Below the pieces are notes generated by a model. The model was not told where the DNA came from. It saw only the letters and a list, made by a program, of their open reading frames with translations, and did no database searches. A program made the translations under genes and the position numbers. A stretch of 64,000 nucleotides of DNA, taken from contig NC_052154.1 in assembly GCF_902713615.1 (NCBI RefSeq), positions 7,379,784-7,443,783 on the forward strand. The letters are read 5' to 3'. The DNA is from Scyliorhinus canicula. Its lineage: Eukaryota. Each line of letters begins with the position of its first letter. Positions within the stretch are counted from its first letter, which is position 1. Of the stretch, positions 1-12,262 are shown one piece after another.

Positions 1-182
1 TTGTACAGAGTTGCTGCTGCTGAGTTATTTTATTTTTTAATCATTACTTTTTTTTGGTATGTTTGGGTGTGCCCTTCTCTTCTATACCTGTATATATATG
101 TATATATATGTTTCTTATTCTGTGTACATAACGGTAAATATACTTTGTTCAATAACCCAATAAAAACATTTATTTTTAAAAA
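1..182 (+). mobile_element. Probable 3' end of an L1/Tx1-like non-LTR retrotransposon
   Basis: T-rich 3'-UTR-like tract, AATAAA at ~159 and an A-rich tail; no coding motif inside the window. Confidence 0.35.
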
Positions 183-1050
183 TCACAGTGTTGACGCTGG
201 CACAGAATTCATGGACTTTCACAACAGCAAAAATGACAGCAAACCTGGACTGATTCAGCGACTGTGGAGGGGCTAGCACCAGCACCATGTGGAACACAAT
301 CAATTCTAATGAAAAACGTTGCGGGATTCGCTGGGTCCGTGATTGATACTCGGGAGGCTGACATGCTGCAGCCGCATAGACACATTACACTCCCCACACA
401 CACTCCTCTCAGCCAAATAGGATGGCACTGGTTGTGTTGGAGCGCATCCATACACCTGATAGGTCGGCTGGGGCCAGAGGGCACCGAGGGAGGTGGCCTG
501 GGGAGGAATGCCCATGAGACCCATGGCTCTAAGTTCATAGCTGGCTATTAGTGGCGTGCGCAGCTACCTGGCTGTCTTGCCAGCTGCGGAAATGGTGTTC
601 TGTGCCTGTCCACTCCGACCCCACAGCCCACCTCCTGGCCACCCCTACTACTCCCCCCCCCGCCCTGGCAGAAGCCCCACGGCCAGGGGCACAACTGTCA
701 GCAAACTATGGTGATATTGGACACCTTCCGTACCTCCTCTCTCTCCCTCAGCAGCCACCACGCCGGTGTCACGATTTTTAAAAGCACAAGTGAATCGCGT
801 TGTCTGGTATTCCGCCCATCGGAGGTGAAGGATCGCAGAGGCCCCTGAGAATACCGGGTCAGGACCGCTAATTTGATGCAAAGGGTGTTTATTGTACGTG
901 CATTCCGAACTGCATTGACGCCACTGTCGCGGTGACGGAGAATTGCCATTTGCCTTCAAATCGGTGCCCGCTGCCATTCTGCCATTGGAACCTATTCTCT
1001 GCCCAATTGCGTTTCCCGATTTCAGCATAAACCAACAGTGAATCCCACCC
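183..1050. mobile_element. Harbinger-like non-autonomous DNA transposon (MITE-type) remnant
   Basis: Ends in GAATCCCACCC, matching the GAGAATCC(A/T)GCCC terminus of other copies in the window; 190-290 resembles 19585-19690. Confidence 0.6.
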
Positions 1051-1482
1051 ATTATCTTTCTGTACATTTCGAAGAGAATAACTTATTGTGAAAACTCACC
1101 AAGACTATCCTCGTTAGACTTCCTTTCCTTTTGAAGCAAGACAGGCCAAGCAAAGCAAGTAATTTTCTCGTTGGTTGGATAATAATTGTTTGGTTTGGCA
1201 CATTCATCTGCTACATGGCCTTGAATCTTTTGGTGCCTGTCCAGTCTTTATAGCTTGCAGAAGAAACTCAAAGTTTCTGTCAAGTGTTTATGACTTTAGA
1301 AGGTAATTTGAAAGCAAGGGTTTTACAAAATGGAATTAGGAGGGTGTGGGAAGCTTTGACTTCCAACCATCATCCTTGATATGTTCAATCATAGCTTTAC
1401 TTCAAGGATAAATTTATTCTTTCATATCCCATCTAAAGGGAGCAGTTATAATGTTCTATTAAAGTGAAGTAGCCATAGTCAC

Positions 1483-2251
1483 TGTGGTGATATGCATCAC
1501 TGTAAATACGCAAGGGGTTAATGTAAATACACGTAGACTAGATAAACACTAGAGGGAGCACCAGACACATGACACACAGACATTCAACCAATAGGTCAGT
1601 AAGATAAGGCACGGAACACCATTGCCGCAGCTGGCAAGACAGCCAGGTAGCTGCGCACGCCACTAACAGCCAGCTATGAACTTAGAGCCATGGGTCGCAT
1701 GGGCATTCCTACCCAGGCCACTTCCCTCGGTGCCCTCTGGCCCCAGCCGACCTATCAGCTGTATGGATGCGCAACCAGTGCCATCTTGTTGGCTGAGAGG
1801 GGTGTGTGTGGGGAGTGTAATGTGTCTATGCGGCTGCAGCATGTCAGCCTCCCGAGTGTCAATCACGGACCCAGCGAACCCCGCACCATTTTTCATTGGA
1901 ATCGAATGCCAATGGGCATTCACGACACACACAGAGGTGACACTACCACAGGGGTGCATTACACCAACCCATATAAAAGGACACAGCACACATGCTCAGT
2001 CTCTTTCCAGTGGAGACACTGAGTAAGTACACAGGGTTGATTGAAACACATCACACCCACCACGTGGATTGTAGCAGACTGGTGAGATAGTCTGAGTAGC
2101 TATAGCAGGATTAACAGGAGAGTCGAATCCAAGTCAGAGAATCGTTAACAGTTTAATAAATGTGTTAAAGCTATCTCCAAGTCTGAGCCTTCCTTTGTCA
2201 GAGTGCAGATCAAGGAAGCAGCTTATGCTACGTCAAGAGCATAACAAAACA
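1483..2251 (+). mobile_element. Solo LTR, family A copy 1, with a ~300-bp foreign insert
   Basis: TG...CA termini; TSD GTCAC/GTCCC; TATAAAA at ~1972; AATAAA at ~2155; homologous to 6200-7104. Confidence 0.85.
1607..1908 (-). repeat. Inverted copy of ~296-607 inserted in the LTR
   Basis: Reverse complement of 296-607; ORF-track translations 209..538(-) and 1676..2026(+) are near-identical. Confidence 0.9.
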
Positions 2252-2739
2252 GTCCCAAATGACCATAGGCTGCTTCCCCCCCTTGAGGGGGAGAGTTGAC
2301 TGGTGATGAGTTAACCTGAGGGTCACCACACCTCAGGCGAGGAGCAAGGTTGAGAAGGCCGGGCCTTCATGAATAACCTCAGCCGGTACAGGAATTGAAC
2401 CCACGCTGCTGGCCTCGCTCCGCATCACGAACCAGCTGTCCAGCCAACTGAGCTAAACCAGCCCCAAATGTCATATTAACAACTCCTTCACTGCTGTTGC
2501 TGGGTTAAAATCCTGGAGCTGCCCCCCCCCCCCCCCCGCAAATAGTGCTGTGGGTGTACCTGCGCTACGTGGACTGCAGCACGAGCTACCAGAGGTAGGG
2601 AGGGGTGAGGCTATGGAGGAATTTGCAAACAGGTTGGGAATTTTAAAGATCACGGCATTGGGAGCCAAATGTATAGTGAACACGGAGTGATGGGAGAATT
2701 GCCCCAGTGACTGAGTATCCTCTTATGCTCTGTATCCCA

Positions 2740-3185
2740 TGGTACAGTATCCCAAAAAATCCAATTGCTTCCAGTTTGGAAAACACCTAATTGGTCACAG
2801 CATTTACAGCCTTTTGAGTGGGGGTGTTCCAGATTCCCACTAGGCTTTGTGTAAATAAATGTTTTCTGATTTTATTCGCAAATTCATGAGCCCTTTAAGA
2901 TCATGTCCTCTTATTCTGGATTCCCAACCACCAGAGGGAATGGCTTCTCCAAGGCTACCCTTTGTCAGTTTAAACAACCTGTCTTCATAAATTAACCATC
3001 TGTTTCATTCTGGTGACTCTGCACTGTACCTTCTTCCAAGGCCAATATCTATTTCCAAAGCGTGCTGTTCAAGGCTGACTGTCGTTTCCAGATGGGACCT
3101 GATCAAGCCTCTGTCCAACTGAAGCGGCTTTTTCTCACTTTTGAATTCCAATCCCTTGGGATAACGGCTGACACACCGTTCCCTC
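2740..3185 (-). mobile_element. Degraded CR1 LINE 3' fragment
   Basis: Antisense similarity to the CR1 ORF2 C-terminal region seen at 3549-3950. Confidence 0.55.
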
Positions 3186-3479
3186 ATTCAAGCTGCCATC
3201 TTCCTGCCACCTAGAGTCATGTCTGCAGATCTGGCCACTCGAATGAATGGTGGAAGGATTGCCAATGAGTGATCTTCCAAGAGGAAGTATGAGTGCAACG
3301 TTAGATACTGCCAGCATTGCTTCAAGCCACCTATCTCTGCCAAACTTCCTGTAGTCAGAAGGTCCAAACCACCCACCAACATTTGTCAGGAATGGTGTCT
3401 TACATGCCTGAGAGGATTCCTGGGAACATTCCATTATTCTACGACATCATAGAAGGCAAATGCAATGCTTGCATTCATG

Positions 3480-4320
3480 TCAAGAGGGCTAGAATACAAG
3501 ACCAGGGATGTACTTCTGAGGCAGTATTAGGCTCTGGTCAGATCCCATTTGGAGTATTGTGAGCAATTTTGGGCCCCGTATCTAAGGAAGGATGTGCTGG
3601 CCTTGGAAAGGGTCCAGAGAAGGTTCACAAGAATGATCCCTGGAATGAAGATCTTGTCGTATGAGGAACGGTTGGGGACTCTGGGTCTGTACTTGTTGGA
3701 ATTTAGAAGGATGAGGAGGGATCTTATTGGAACTTACAGGTTACTGCGAGACCTGGATAGAGTGGATGTGGAGAGGATGTTTCCAATTGTAGGAAAAACT
3801 AGAACCAGGGGACACCATCTCAGACTAAAGCGACAATTCTTTAAAACAGAGATGGGGAGGAATTTCTTCAGCCAGAGGTTTGTGAATCTGTGGAACTCTT
3901 TGCCACAGAAGGCTGTGGAGGCCACATCACTGAGTGTCTTTAAGAGAGAGATAGATGGGCGGCATGCGGCACAGTGGTTAACCCTGGGACTGTGGGACCT
4001 AGTTTCGAATCCCGGCCCCGGGTCACTGTCCGTGTGGAGTTTGCACATTCTCCCCACGTCTGCGTGGGTTTCACCCCCACAACCCAAAGATGTGCAGGTT
4101 AGGTGGATTGGCCATGCTAAATTGCCCCTTAATTGGAAAAAAAAATTGGGCACTCTAAATTTATTTTTTTTAAATACAGAGATAGTTAGGTTCTTGATCA
4201 ATAAGGGGATCAGAGAAGGCAGGAGAATGGGGATGAGAAAAGTATCAGCCATGGTTGAATGGCGGAGCAGACTCGATGGGCCGAGTGGCCTAACTCTTCT
4301 CCTATGACTTATGGTCTTAC
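3480..4320 (+). mobile_element. CR1 (HER1-type) LINE 3' fragment interrupted by a SINE
   Basis: ORF2 C-terminus EYCEQFWAPYLRKDVLALERVQRRFTRMIPG...TRGH...FFSQRFVNLWNSLP; 3' UTR ending in CTTATG repeats. Confidence 0.9.
3957..4172 (+). mobile_element. HE1-type V-SINE, short-tail variant
   Basis: V-core TGTGGAGTTTGCACATTCTCCCC...TGCGTGGGTTTC; degenerate TSD AGAGATAG on both sides. Confidence 0.85.
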
Positions 4321-5042
4321 AAGTACATTGCTGGCTCCGTATTCCTCAGCAAGTGGAGAGAGAAACAAACTATTTTCTAAACCACGTGAAAATTAGACAA
4401 GAATCATGCTGGAAAATATCAATTAAGGGACACAGTCTACATGTAATTTGGGATGTGTGGTGAGTGTAACATGCTGAGTAGGAACAGGTGAACTGGGGCC
4501 TTCCTTTCCTCCTGCTTTCCAAAACCGGGGCCCTTCCTCACCTCATTGGTTGGGTCTGTTAGTTATTAATTGATTGAGATTGATCCCTGTGGGTAGTCAA
4601 GAACTCTATTAGCATTGTACTGTGCAAGGACCAGCATGGTAAACGGTGAACTAGATGGGTCTTGATCTGTTTCTGTCTGGCAGCTGCTGGAAAGAAAAGC
4701 GGCAGTGTTGGTAACTTGCGAACCACACGATTCTCTCTTAAGATAAGGACCCAGTTTCCCAGATTCAGTTGGCAAGTGATTTATGGGTATCCTTGGAAAA
4801 TCGGATTACCCATTGTTAGATTGTGGTATATTACAATTTCTCAGTGCCTTACCAACGTGAGGTATCCATGATTTTCAGGAGCCAGTTCCTATTTATTAGG
4901 ACCTTCTTGGGCTGGAGGACTAACCACATATCGCGTCATGGAATGTTAGTGTTCTTGAGCACACGAGTGTGAACCTCTAAACTCTTTCCTTGGCACAGCT
5001 TTTCATTCTTAATCCCTACTTTATAAGAAAATTACTCCTTTT

Positions 5043-5223
5043 ATGAAAATGAAATGAAAATCGCTTATTGTCACGAGTAGGCTTCAAATGAAGTTACTGT
5101 GAAAAGCCCCTAGTCGCCACATTCCGGCGCCTGTTCGGGGAGGCTGGTACGGGAATTGAACCGTGCTGCTGGCCTTGGTCTGCTTTCAAAGCTGGCGATT
5201 AGCCCTGTGAGCGAAACAGCCCC
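5043..5223 (-). mobile_element. tRNA-head SINE with (TTTCA)n tail
   Basis: Same sequence as 15141-15346, 25057-25236 and 44794-44984. Confidence 0.8.
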
Positions 5224-6199
5224 TCTTTTAACCTGACAGCTCCTCATTACAGCTATATTCCTTCACATGATGGGGCATAAGGCCTCACCAATTGGAATGG
5301 AATCTCTTCCAGGATGCTCAGTGGGGGAGAGATGCCTTTTGTACTCTTAACATAATGTAGATTCTGGCCCCAGTGGTTCTAGGACTGCTGCAGACAGGCC
5401 ATCTCCTTAAAGCTCTGTGTAGCAGCATCGAAGCTAATGCCTGAGAAGTGTCACTGGGTTTGTTTAATGGCACCTAATTGGGGATTTTAATATGCCTGTC
5501 GGCTGTCCACCTCCAAGGACGTCTTTCCCCCTTTCCCCGGCCCATATTGTTCAGAAAAATCACTGGCAATGGGATAGTGTTGAGCAACAGTGGCTCCCTG
5601 CTATCGTACTGGCCCCCTCCGCCGCCAACCTACCAGCCCAGGCCTGGTAAAAGTCAGCTGACGTTGTCAGTCAATCACTCTCGATCTGCAGGCTGAGACT
5701 TTGTATTTCAACAGCCCTCACCTCGCAGTAACTTCCACATTGTCTTCACAACTCATTATACAATTAATGTTGAAGGTTGTTTGCTTCTGATGCACACTGC
5801 GCTTTAAAGATCTCATGCTTGTCAGTTATGTTTCTCAATGCAAACTGACACTGGGTGATTGAATTCTGCTTAAGATTCAATTGCTTTCCCTTCCAACCTG
5901 AGCTACAGTTTCTGCCAGATTTGTAAAGTGCAATATTCTCTTTCTTGAAAAATGCCACATTCCATTTTTGAGATTGTGAACAGAATCACCCTGTGTAGAA
6001 ATTTGTTTTTCCCGTGTGTAATGGCACAGGAGGCAGACTAAACACACATGCTCATGTCTGTTTCCACACCTTTTTCCTCCTAGAACAGGTTGCTACCCTG
6101 CCCCCAGAGGCTATGGTTTGAGGGGCCCCACTCTGCCTCACGCCTTGCCGACCCGGAATCATTCCCACTCTTGCCACCCACTCTGGGGCATATTGGAAG

Positions 6200-7104
6200 T
6201 GTGGTGATATGCATCACTGTCAATACACAAAGGGTTAATGTAAGTACACGTGGACTAGCTAGACACTAGAGGGAGCACCAGAGACCTGACACACAGACTG
6301 TGAAAGGGAAGTTAATGAGTTACCAATTTGGAAGCATGCTGGGAATATTGACTATATTTTAACACTGCTTTTCTGTGAAAATAAGCAGGTCAAGTCATGT
6401 AAACTAAATACTGCTTGGTATGTTGTACTGGCCTTATTATGATAAGTTGTTCTTCCGAAGGACAACAAAATGCGTACTCAAATTGTTTTTAAACCAAGGG
6501 CAAAAACATTCATATTTCCTCTTGCGTATGTTCCCAAGCTTTATTTCTTCAACGTTGTTTATTTCACACTATAAATGTAATGGTTTTCAACTCATAAGTC
6601 AAAGAGCAGTGAATTAGCTTTTTGCAGCTGGTGCAGTTCTCTCTCCACAAATGCATTTGTGTCAATAAATTTCCTTAAATCGAACCTCGAGGAATTTGTC
6701 TTTATTATGATTTCCACGACACAGACATTCAACCAATAGGTCAGTAAGATAGGACACGAACAATGAGCATTCACGAAACACACAGAGGTGACACCACCAC
6801 AGGAGGGCATTACACCAACTCATATATAAAGGCACAGCACACATGGTCAATCCTCTTTCCAGTGGAGGCACTCAGTGAGTACAGACACAGGGTTGATTGA
6901 ACATCACACCCACCACATGGATTTTAGCAGACTGGTTCGTCAGTCTGAGTAGCTATAGAAGGATTAACAGTAGAGTTGAATCCAAGTAGGAGAATTGTAA
7001 CTAGTTTAATAAATGTATTGAAGTTATCTCCACATCTGAACCTTCCTTTGTCAGAGTGCACATCAAGGAAGCAGCTTATGCTACGTCAAGAGCATAACAA
7101 GACA
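6200..7104 (+). mobile_element. Solo LTR, family A copy 2, containing a nested solo LTR
   Basis: TG...CA; perfect 5-bp TSD GGAAG (6195-6199 / 7105-7109); homologous to 1483-2251. Confidence 0.9.
6299..6721 (+). mobile_element. Nested 423-bp solo LTR (ERV-like, possibly foamy-like)
   Basis: TGTGAAAG...TTCCACGACA; TSD CAGAC (6294-6298 / 6722-6726); TATAAA at ~6570; AATAAA at ~6664. Confidence 0.85.
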
Positions 7105-7861
7105 GGAAGGATGTGAAGGTTGATCGTCAAGCTGTTTGCCCATGCTTTGAACAGACCTTCCTTGGCCATCAGGCTATGGAGTGGACCACGAACCCAGCTA
7201 TTCTGAGTCAGAGGCCGGAATGCTATCCATTGTGCCCCAAGACTGTCTCCTGTGTAGCACAACGGTGAAACAATTGCGAATACATTTGGTGAGCATTCAC
7301 GCATGTGTGCGTTTGTGTGCGTGTTTGTGTATCCGTGCCTCTGTGTGTTTGTGACTGCTGACTCATTCTGACCTGACCAATCATCAGTGACCAGGCACAA
7401 AGATGAGGGACAGTGAATTGGAATAGGTATCAAAAGACACATTGCCAATTGCAGAGATATGACTCAGATTGGGTGAGCACAATCAGGGCAAGATTGCAGA
7501 ACTGCTTATCAATCAAACTTTTGTTCTGCACCCTCTACACACAGCAACACCACCAACCTGCATTCATGTTGCAACTTTAGTGCCTGTGTAGAGTGGTTTT
7601 GTGGTACAGCGGATGGTATCCCTGCCTCTGAGCAAGACACCATGTGCTCAAGGCCTACTCCAGGGCCTGATGGCCAAGGGAGGTGTGTGTGTGCATATAT
7701 GCATGCAGGAAAACATGAATTTGTGGATCCTGCAACCTCAAGCTGATCAACGTGAAACCACACCACTGCAGGGCAGGTCGGGAAGGAACACTAAATGAAT
7801 CCCTAAGTCTGTGATAAGCTAACTGATATATTTTTGAAGTAACCAATTATTTTTTTTTCCA

Positions 7862-8195
7862 AGATGTGGAGATGCCGACGTTGGACTGGGGTGAGCACAG
7901 TAAGAAGTCTTACAACGCCAGGTTAAAGTCCAACAGATTTGTTTCAAAGACGAGCTTTCAGAGCACTGCTCCTTCCTCAGGTGAACGGAGAGGTATGTTC
8001 CAGAAACATTTATATAGACAAAGTCAGAGATGCCAGACAGTGCTTGGAGTGCGAGCATTTGCGGGTAATCAAATCATTACAGATCCCGAGATAGGGGGTG
8101 ATCCCAGGTTAAAGAGGTGTGAATTGTCTCAAGCCAGGACAGTTGGTAGGATTTTGCTAGATGGTGGGGGGTGAATGCGACATGAATCCAAGATC
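7862..8195 (-). mobile_element. Penelope-like element 3' / pseudo-LTR fragment (family P1)
   Basis: Homologous to 21909-22307 and 60365-61245. Confidence 0.8.
7943..7986 (-). ncRNA. Degenerate minimal hammerhead ribozyme motif in PLE pseudo-LTR
   Basis: CTGAGGA-AGGAGC-AGT-GCTCT-GAAA-GCTC on the minus strand. Confidence 0.5.
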
Positions 8196-9274
8196 CAAGA
8201 TTGGTTGGGGTTGGTGCGCTCCTACGCGATAGGCCCCGAGTGGGTCACATGCCCTGCGAATGGCCGGCCCATTAAAGGGACCACGTTACCACAACTGTGA
8301 TGCTTTCGACAGTCAAATTGCGTGTTGTCTTTGCTCGCACATGAAGGATGCCACTTAGTATAAGCGTGTGTCGGAAATTGTAACCTCAGCAACTGCCTGT
8401 GTGGGGCGGGAAGAAAAATGAAGAGATTGTGTTTCAATCAGCTAGTTGTTTGGTTGCCAGAAGATTGTTTCTATACATTAGGATTTTGCTCTGTACTCAG
8501 CATATGACAAATAAGCCCATGATTGTTTGAGAAACATCCATCGCGGTTAAATGTGAAATCAAATTGGCGCAGCAATTCCCTGACAGGGAAATTATTGTTT
8601 CTAAGCGGGAGAGCGGAGAGTAAGGTGCACGGATGTGTGAGGGTCACTTTTTACCAACAAGGAGCTTTTTTTTTGCAGTACTTTTGAATTCATTCCTGAG
8701 CCGCAGGCGTTACAGGAGAGGCTGAAATGAGAAGCCGGCAGTGAGCTGATTAGAATTTCAAGTGCACCTTACATCAAGGGCAGCTGGGGTTTTCGCAATC
8801 TTTTATTCTATTTTTTTCTAAAATTGGGTTGAAATGTGGTTCCACCATCAAAACTAGCCACAGCTTCTGATCGAGTTAAAACCCGAACAAGTTTGCATTG
8901 ACTGTGACCGGCTCGACCCTTCAAGATGACTCGTCAAATTAAGCTGGTCTGTGAGCTGACGGGCACCCGTAATTACATTTTAATTGTTTTAACATAAATT
9001 TAGTGAGGAACTGTCATTTTCATTTGTACTTTAATGCGATATGGGTATTACTGGCAAGGCTACCATTTGCTGCCCATCCCTAACTGCCCTTAACATTGTG
9101 GACCATCCCTCATCGCCCTTGAGATGAGTCGCTTGCAAAGCCATTAGCTGTGGGTCTGGAGTCACATGTAGGCCTTGCATGTTGTTTCCCTCCATGAAGG
9201 GCATCGGTGAACCAGACGGTTCTTTTGGAACAACCATTTCACAGTCATCTTTCCATTACATTGGAAGGTGGGAA

Positions 9275-9870
9275 CATCAGAACTGGAGTAGGGCATTCAG
9301 CCCCTCGAGCCTGTCTCACCATCGAATGAGATCAAGGGCAGCACGGTGGCGCGGTGGACAACATTGCTGCCTCACAGCGCCGCGGTTCCAGGATCGATCC
9401 CGGCCCTGGATCACTGTCCGTGGGAGTTTGCGCAACATCTCCGTGTTTGCGTGGGTTTCGCCCCCACAACCCAGAGATATGCATGGTAGGTGGATTGGCC
9501 GCACTAAATTGTCCCTTAATTGTAACAAAAATAATTGGGTACTCTAAATTTAAAAAACAAATCAATGAGATCATGGCTGACCTGTGACCAGACTCCATAT
9601 ACCTGCCTTTCGCCCACATCCCTTAATATTTTTGCTCAACAAAAACCCATCTATCTCTGATTTAAAATTAACAACTGATGTTGCTTCAACAGCTGTTTGT
9701 GGGACAGAGCTCCAAATCTCTAAGTGAAGAACTTCTTCCTGAACGGTCTGGCCCTAATGTTTAGACTGTGCCCCCTAGTTTTAGAATCTCCAACCAGTGG
9801 AAATAATTTATCTTTATCTACCCTGTCAATATCTTGAGTGCTTCAATCAGACCACCCCTCAGGCTTCAAA
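9275..9870 (-). mobile_element. CR1 3' fragment with an inserted SINE
   Basis: Antisense CR1 3' UTR and ORF2 end; AATGAGATCA duplicated around the SINE. Confidence 0.75.
9336..9558 (+). mobile_element. HE1-type V-SINE, short-tail variant
   Basis: GGGCAGCACGGTGGCG head, V core, AATTGGGTACTCTAAATTT tail. Confidence 0.85.
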
Positions 9871-10466
9871 ATTTATGAATTGAATTTCAATTCCACCAGC
9901 TGCCATGGGGGGAATTAAACCCACGTCCCCAGAAAAATAGCCTGAGCCTTTGGATTATTAGCTCAGTGACATTACCATTCGTGCCACCAACTCCCTCAAG
10001 ATTTCACTCCGCATAATTCACAGGTGGACTATTCACTGTATAGTCTTAGGAAACATTTTTATTTTTTCTGACAAATCCATTTTCAGCTCACTGGGTAAAA
10101 TTGCACCCAGTTAGCACTCTGCAATTCATCAAGAAATATTTTTTAATGCCGGGGAATAAACTATTATGCTTTAAAGTGCTGCCCAAGTGCACTGCTTTAT
10201 GGTTTCCGCGTTGCTGTTCATGAAATATATTTGAGCAGAAACTTGAAGCACAAATTAGTTCCGCAACTTTGAAGTGCAATTTATGCCCAGATTGCCAATT
10301 TTGCCCACAGCTGAAACTTAAACCTACTTGGACCGTTTGAGAGAAGCGCTGCCTTTTTCTAGTGGTTGGCAACAGACTATAGAACCACATTTTCTTCCCT
10401 CGATCTTGCTCTCAGCCACAAAGATGGAGATCAGCCTGTATTGCAGGTTAAGATAGGGGTGTCGTT

Positions 10467-10727
10467 ATAATAACCTTTATTAGTGTCACAAGTAGGCTTA
10501 CATTAACATTGCAATGAAGTTACTGTGAAAAGCCCCTAGTCCCCACACTACAGTGCCTATTTGGGTACACAGAGAGAGAATTCAGAATGTCCAATTCACC
10601 TAACAAGCAAGCCCACACAGACACAGGCAGAACGTGCAGACTCCGCTCAGACAGTGACCCAAGCCGGGAATTGAACCCAGGTCCCTGGCGCTGTGAAGCA
10701 AGAGTGCTAACCACTATGCTACCATGG
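10467..10727 (-). mobile_element. V-SINE with alternative tail ending in (TAT)n
   Basis: HE1 head plus GCCTACTTGTGACA...AATAAAGGTTATTAT tail; compare 62575-62880. Confidence 0.8.
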
Positions 10728-10744
10728 TTAGTAAATGATTCAGC

Positions 10745-11468
10745 TAGGGAGTATACTGAGAGGGGTAAAGAAAGTGAGAGATCTTGGTGTGAAAGTGCAC
10801 AGGTCCCAAAAGGTAGCAGCACAGGTAGTAAAGACAGCATATGGAACGCTCTACTTCATTGGCAGAGGTATAGAATATAAAAGTAGGAATATAATAAGGG
10901 AACTGTATAAAGCACTGGTGAGGCCACAACTGGAGTATTGTGCGCAGTTCTGGTCACTACATTGCAGGAAGGAAGCAATTGCTCTGGAGAGAGGAGGTTT
11001 GCCAGAATGTTGTAAGGGCTGGAGATTTGTAGCTAGGAGGACAGATTGGGGAGGTTGAGGTTGGTTCCGTTGGAACAGAGAAGGCTGAGGGGTGACATGA
11101 TTTGCGGTGTGCAAAATTGTGAGGGGTAGAGATAGAGCAGACAGGACAAACCTGTTTCCCTTGGCAGAAGGTTCAAAAAGCAGGCGTCATAGCTTCAAGC
11201 CAATTGGTAGAAGGATGAGAGGGGCATGAGGAAAAATGTTTTACGCAGAGGGTGGTGGGTGTGTGGAATTCTATGCCTGAGTTGGTGGTAGAGGCAGAGA
11301 TCCTAAACTATTTTAAGACGGACCTGGGTCTGAACCTTAAGTGCTTTAAGCTACAGGGCTATGGGCCGTGTCCAGGAAGATGGGTTCAGAAAGGTCACTG
11401 GGATGTCTTTGGGTCTGCATGGACTGAATGGCCGAATGGCCCCTTATGTGCTGTATAATTTCTATGGT
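10745..11468 (+). mobile_element. CR1 LINE 3' fragment
   Basis: RDLGV...LYKALVRPQLEYCAQFWS motif and CR1-type 3' UTR. Confidence 0.85.
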
Positions 11469-12134
11469 TGTACTTGCTTGAGCTTTATTCACACAGACAT
11501 TGAATTGACAAATCTTTGGGTCAGAACCAAAATAAAAGAGGCATGAGAAGCAAATGTAATTGTTGTAAAGGTCTAACTGGTTGACAGACAGCCTTCAGGA
11601 GAGTGAATCTGCCACTTGTACCCAGTCCGACCAACATGTAACTCCAGTCATGTTATATAATTGACTATAAATGTCATTTAGACATCTAGGAATGTTCAAT
11701 AAATATGTACAATAAATAAACATCCAGGAATGTTCAATAAAGTGAGGGCTTAGGTGGGTCGGTGCAGACTCGATGGGCCGAATGGCTTCCTTCTGCACTG
11801 TATGTTCTATGTTCTCTGTAAATGTGGGTGTCAGCTGCCTAGAGCCTCACCTCTGGAATCTGCTCTGCACCTCTCTTTTTCTCTCTCAACTTTGAAAGAA
11901 GCTCCTTAAAACCTACCTTGTTGACCAAGCCTTTGTACTCAGTCTCAAAAATTGTTTAAAAAAAAATGCTTTTCCTGTCATTGCTTCTGAACGAGCTCGG
12001 GACATTAGCTACATTAAATGTGCTGTATAAATTTAAGTTGTTATTGAACTGTGCAAGGAATGTACATTAGACGTGAATTTATCTGTCGGCAATGTTTGAA
12101 GACATGACGTCAAATTCCATATGTGCACAAAGGA

Positions 12135-12262
12135 CACGTTTGCCTTCAAGTCAGAAGGTTTGTGGGTCCAAGTTCCACTCCAGAGACTTGTGCACAAATT
12201 CCAGACTTATATTTCAGTGCAGTATTGCAGCAATCCAGCACTATCGGTGGTGCTATCTTTCA
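12135..12262 (+). mobile_element. Deu-type (SacSINE1-like) SINE 5' part
   Basis: AGTCAGAAGG...CCACTCCAGAGACTTG...CAGTGCAGTA head typical of shark Deu SINEs. Confidence 0.55.

Larger units (their letters stand above)
1460..2465 (-). mobile_element. tRNA-derived SINE with a Meta-like central domain, split by a solo LTR
   Basis: Minus-strand tRNA head (GGGGCTGGTTTAGCTCAGTTGG...GGTTCAATTCC); core CTCGCCTGAGGTGTGGTGACCCTCAGGTTAA; tail resumes at 1460-1482 across the LTR. Confidence 0.65.
6050..7245 (-). mobile_element. Old tRNA-derived SINE split by LTR family A copy 2
   Basis: Degenerate tRNA-like head on the minus strand at ~7180-7245; body continues left of the LTR. Confidence 0.4.
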
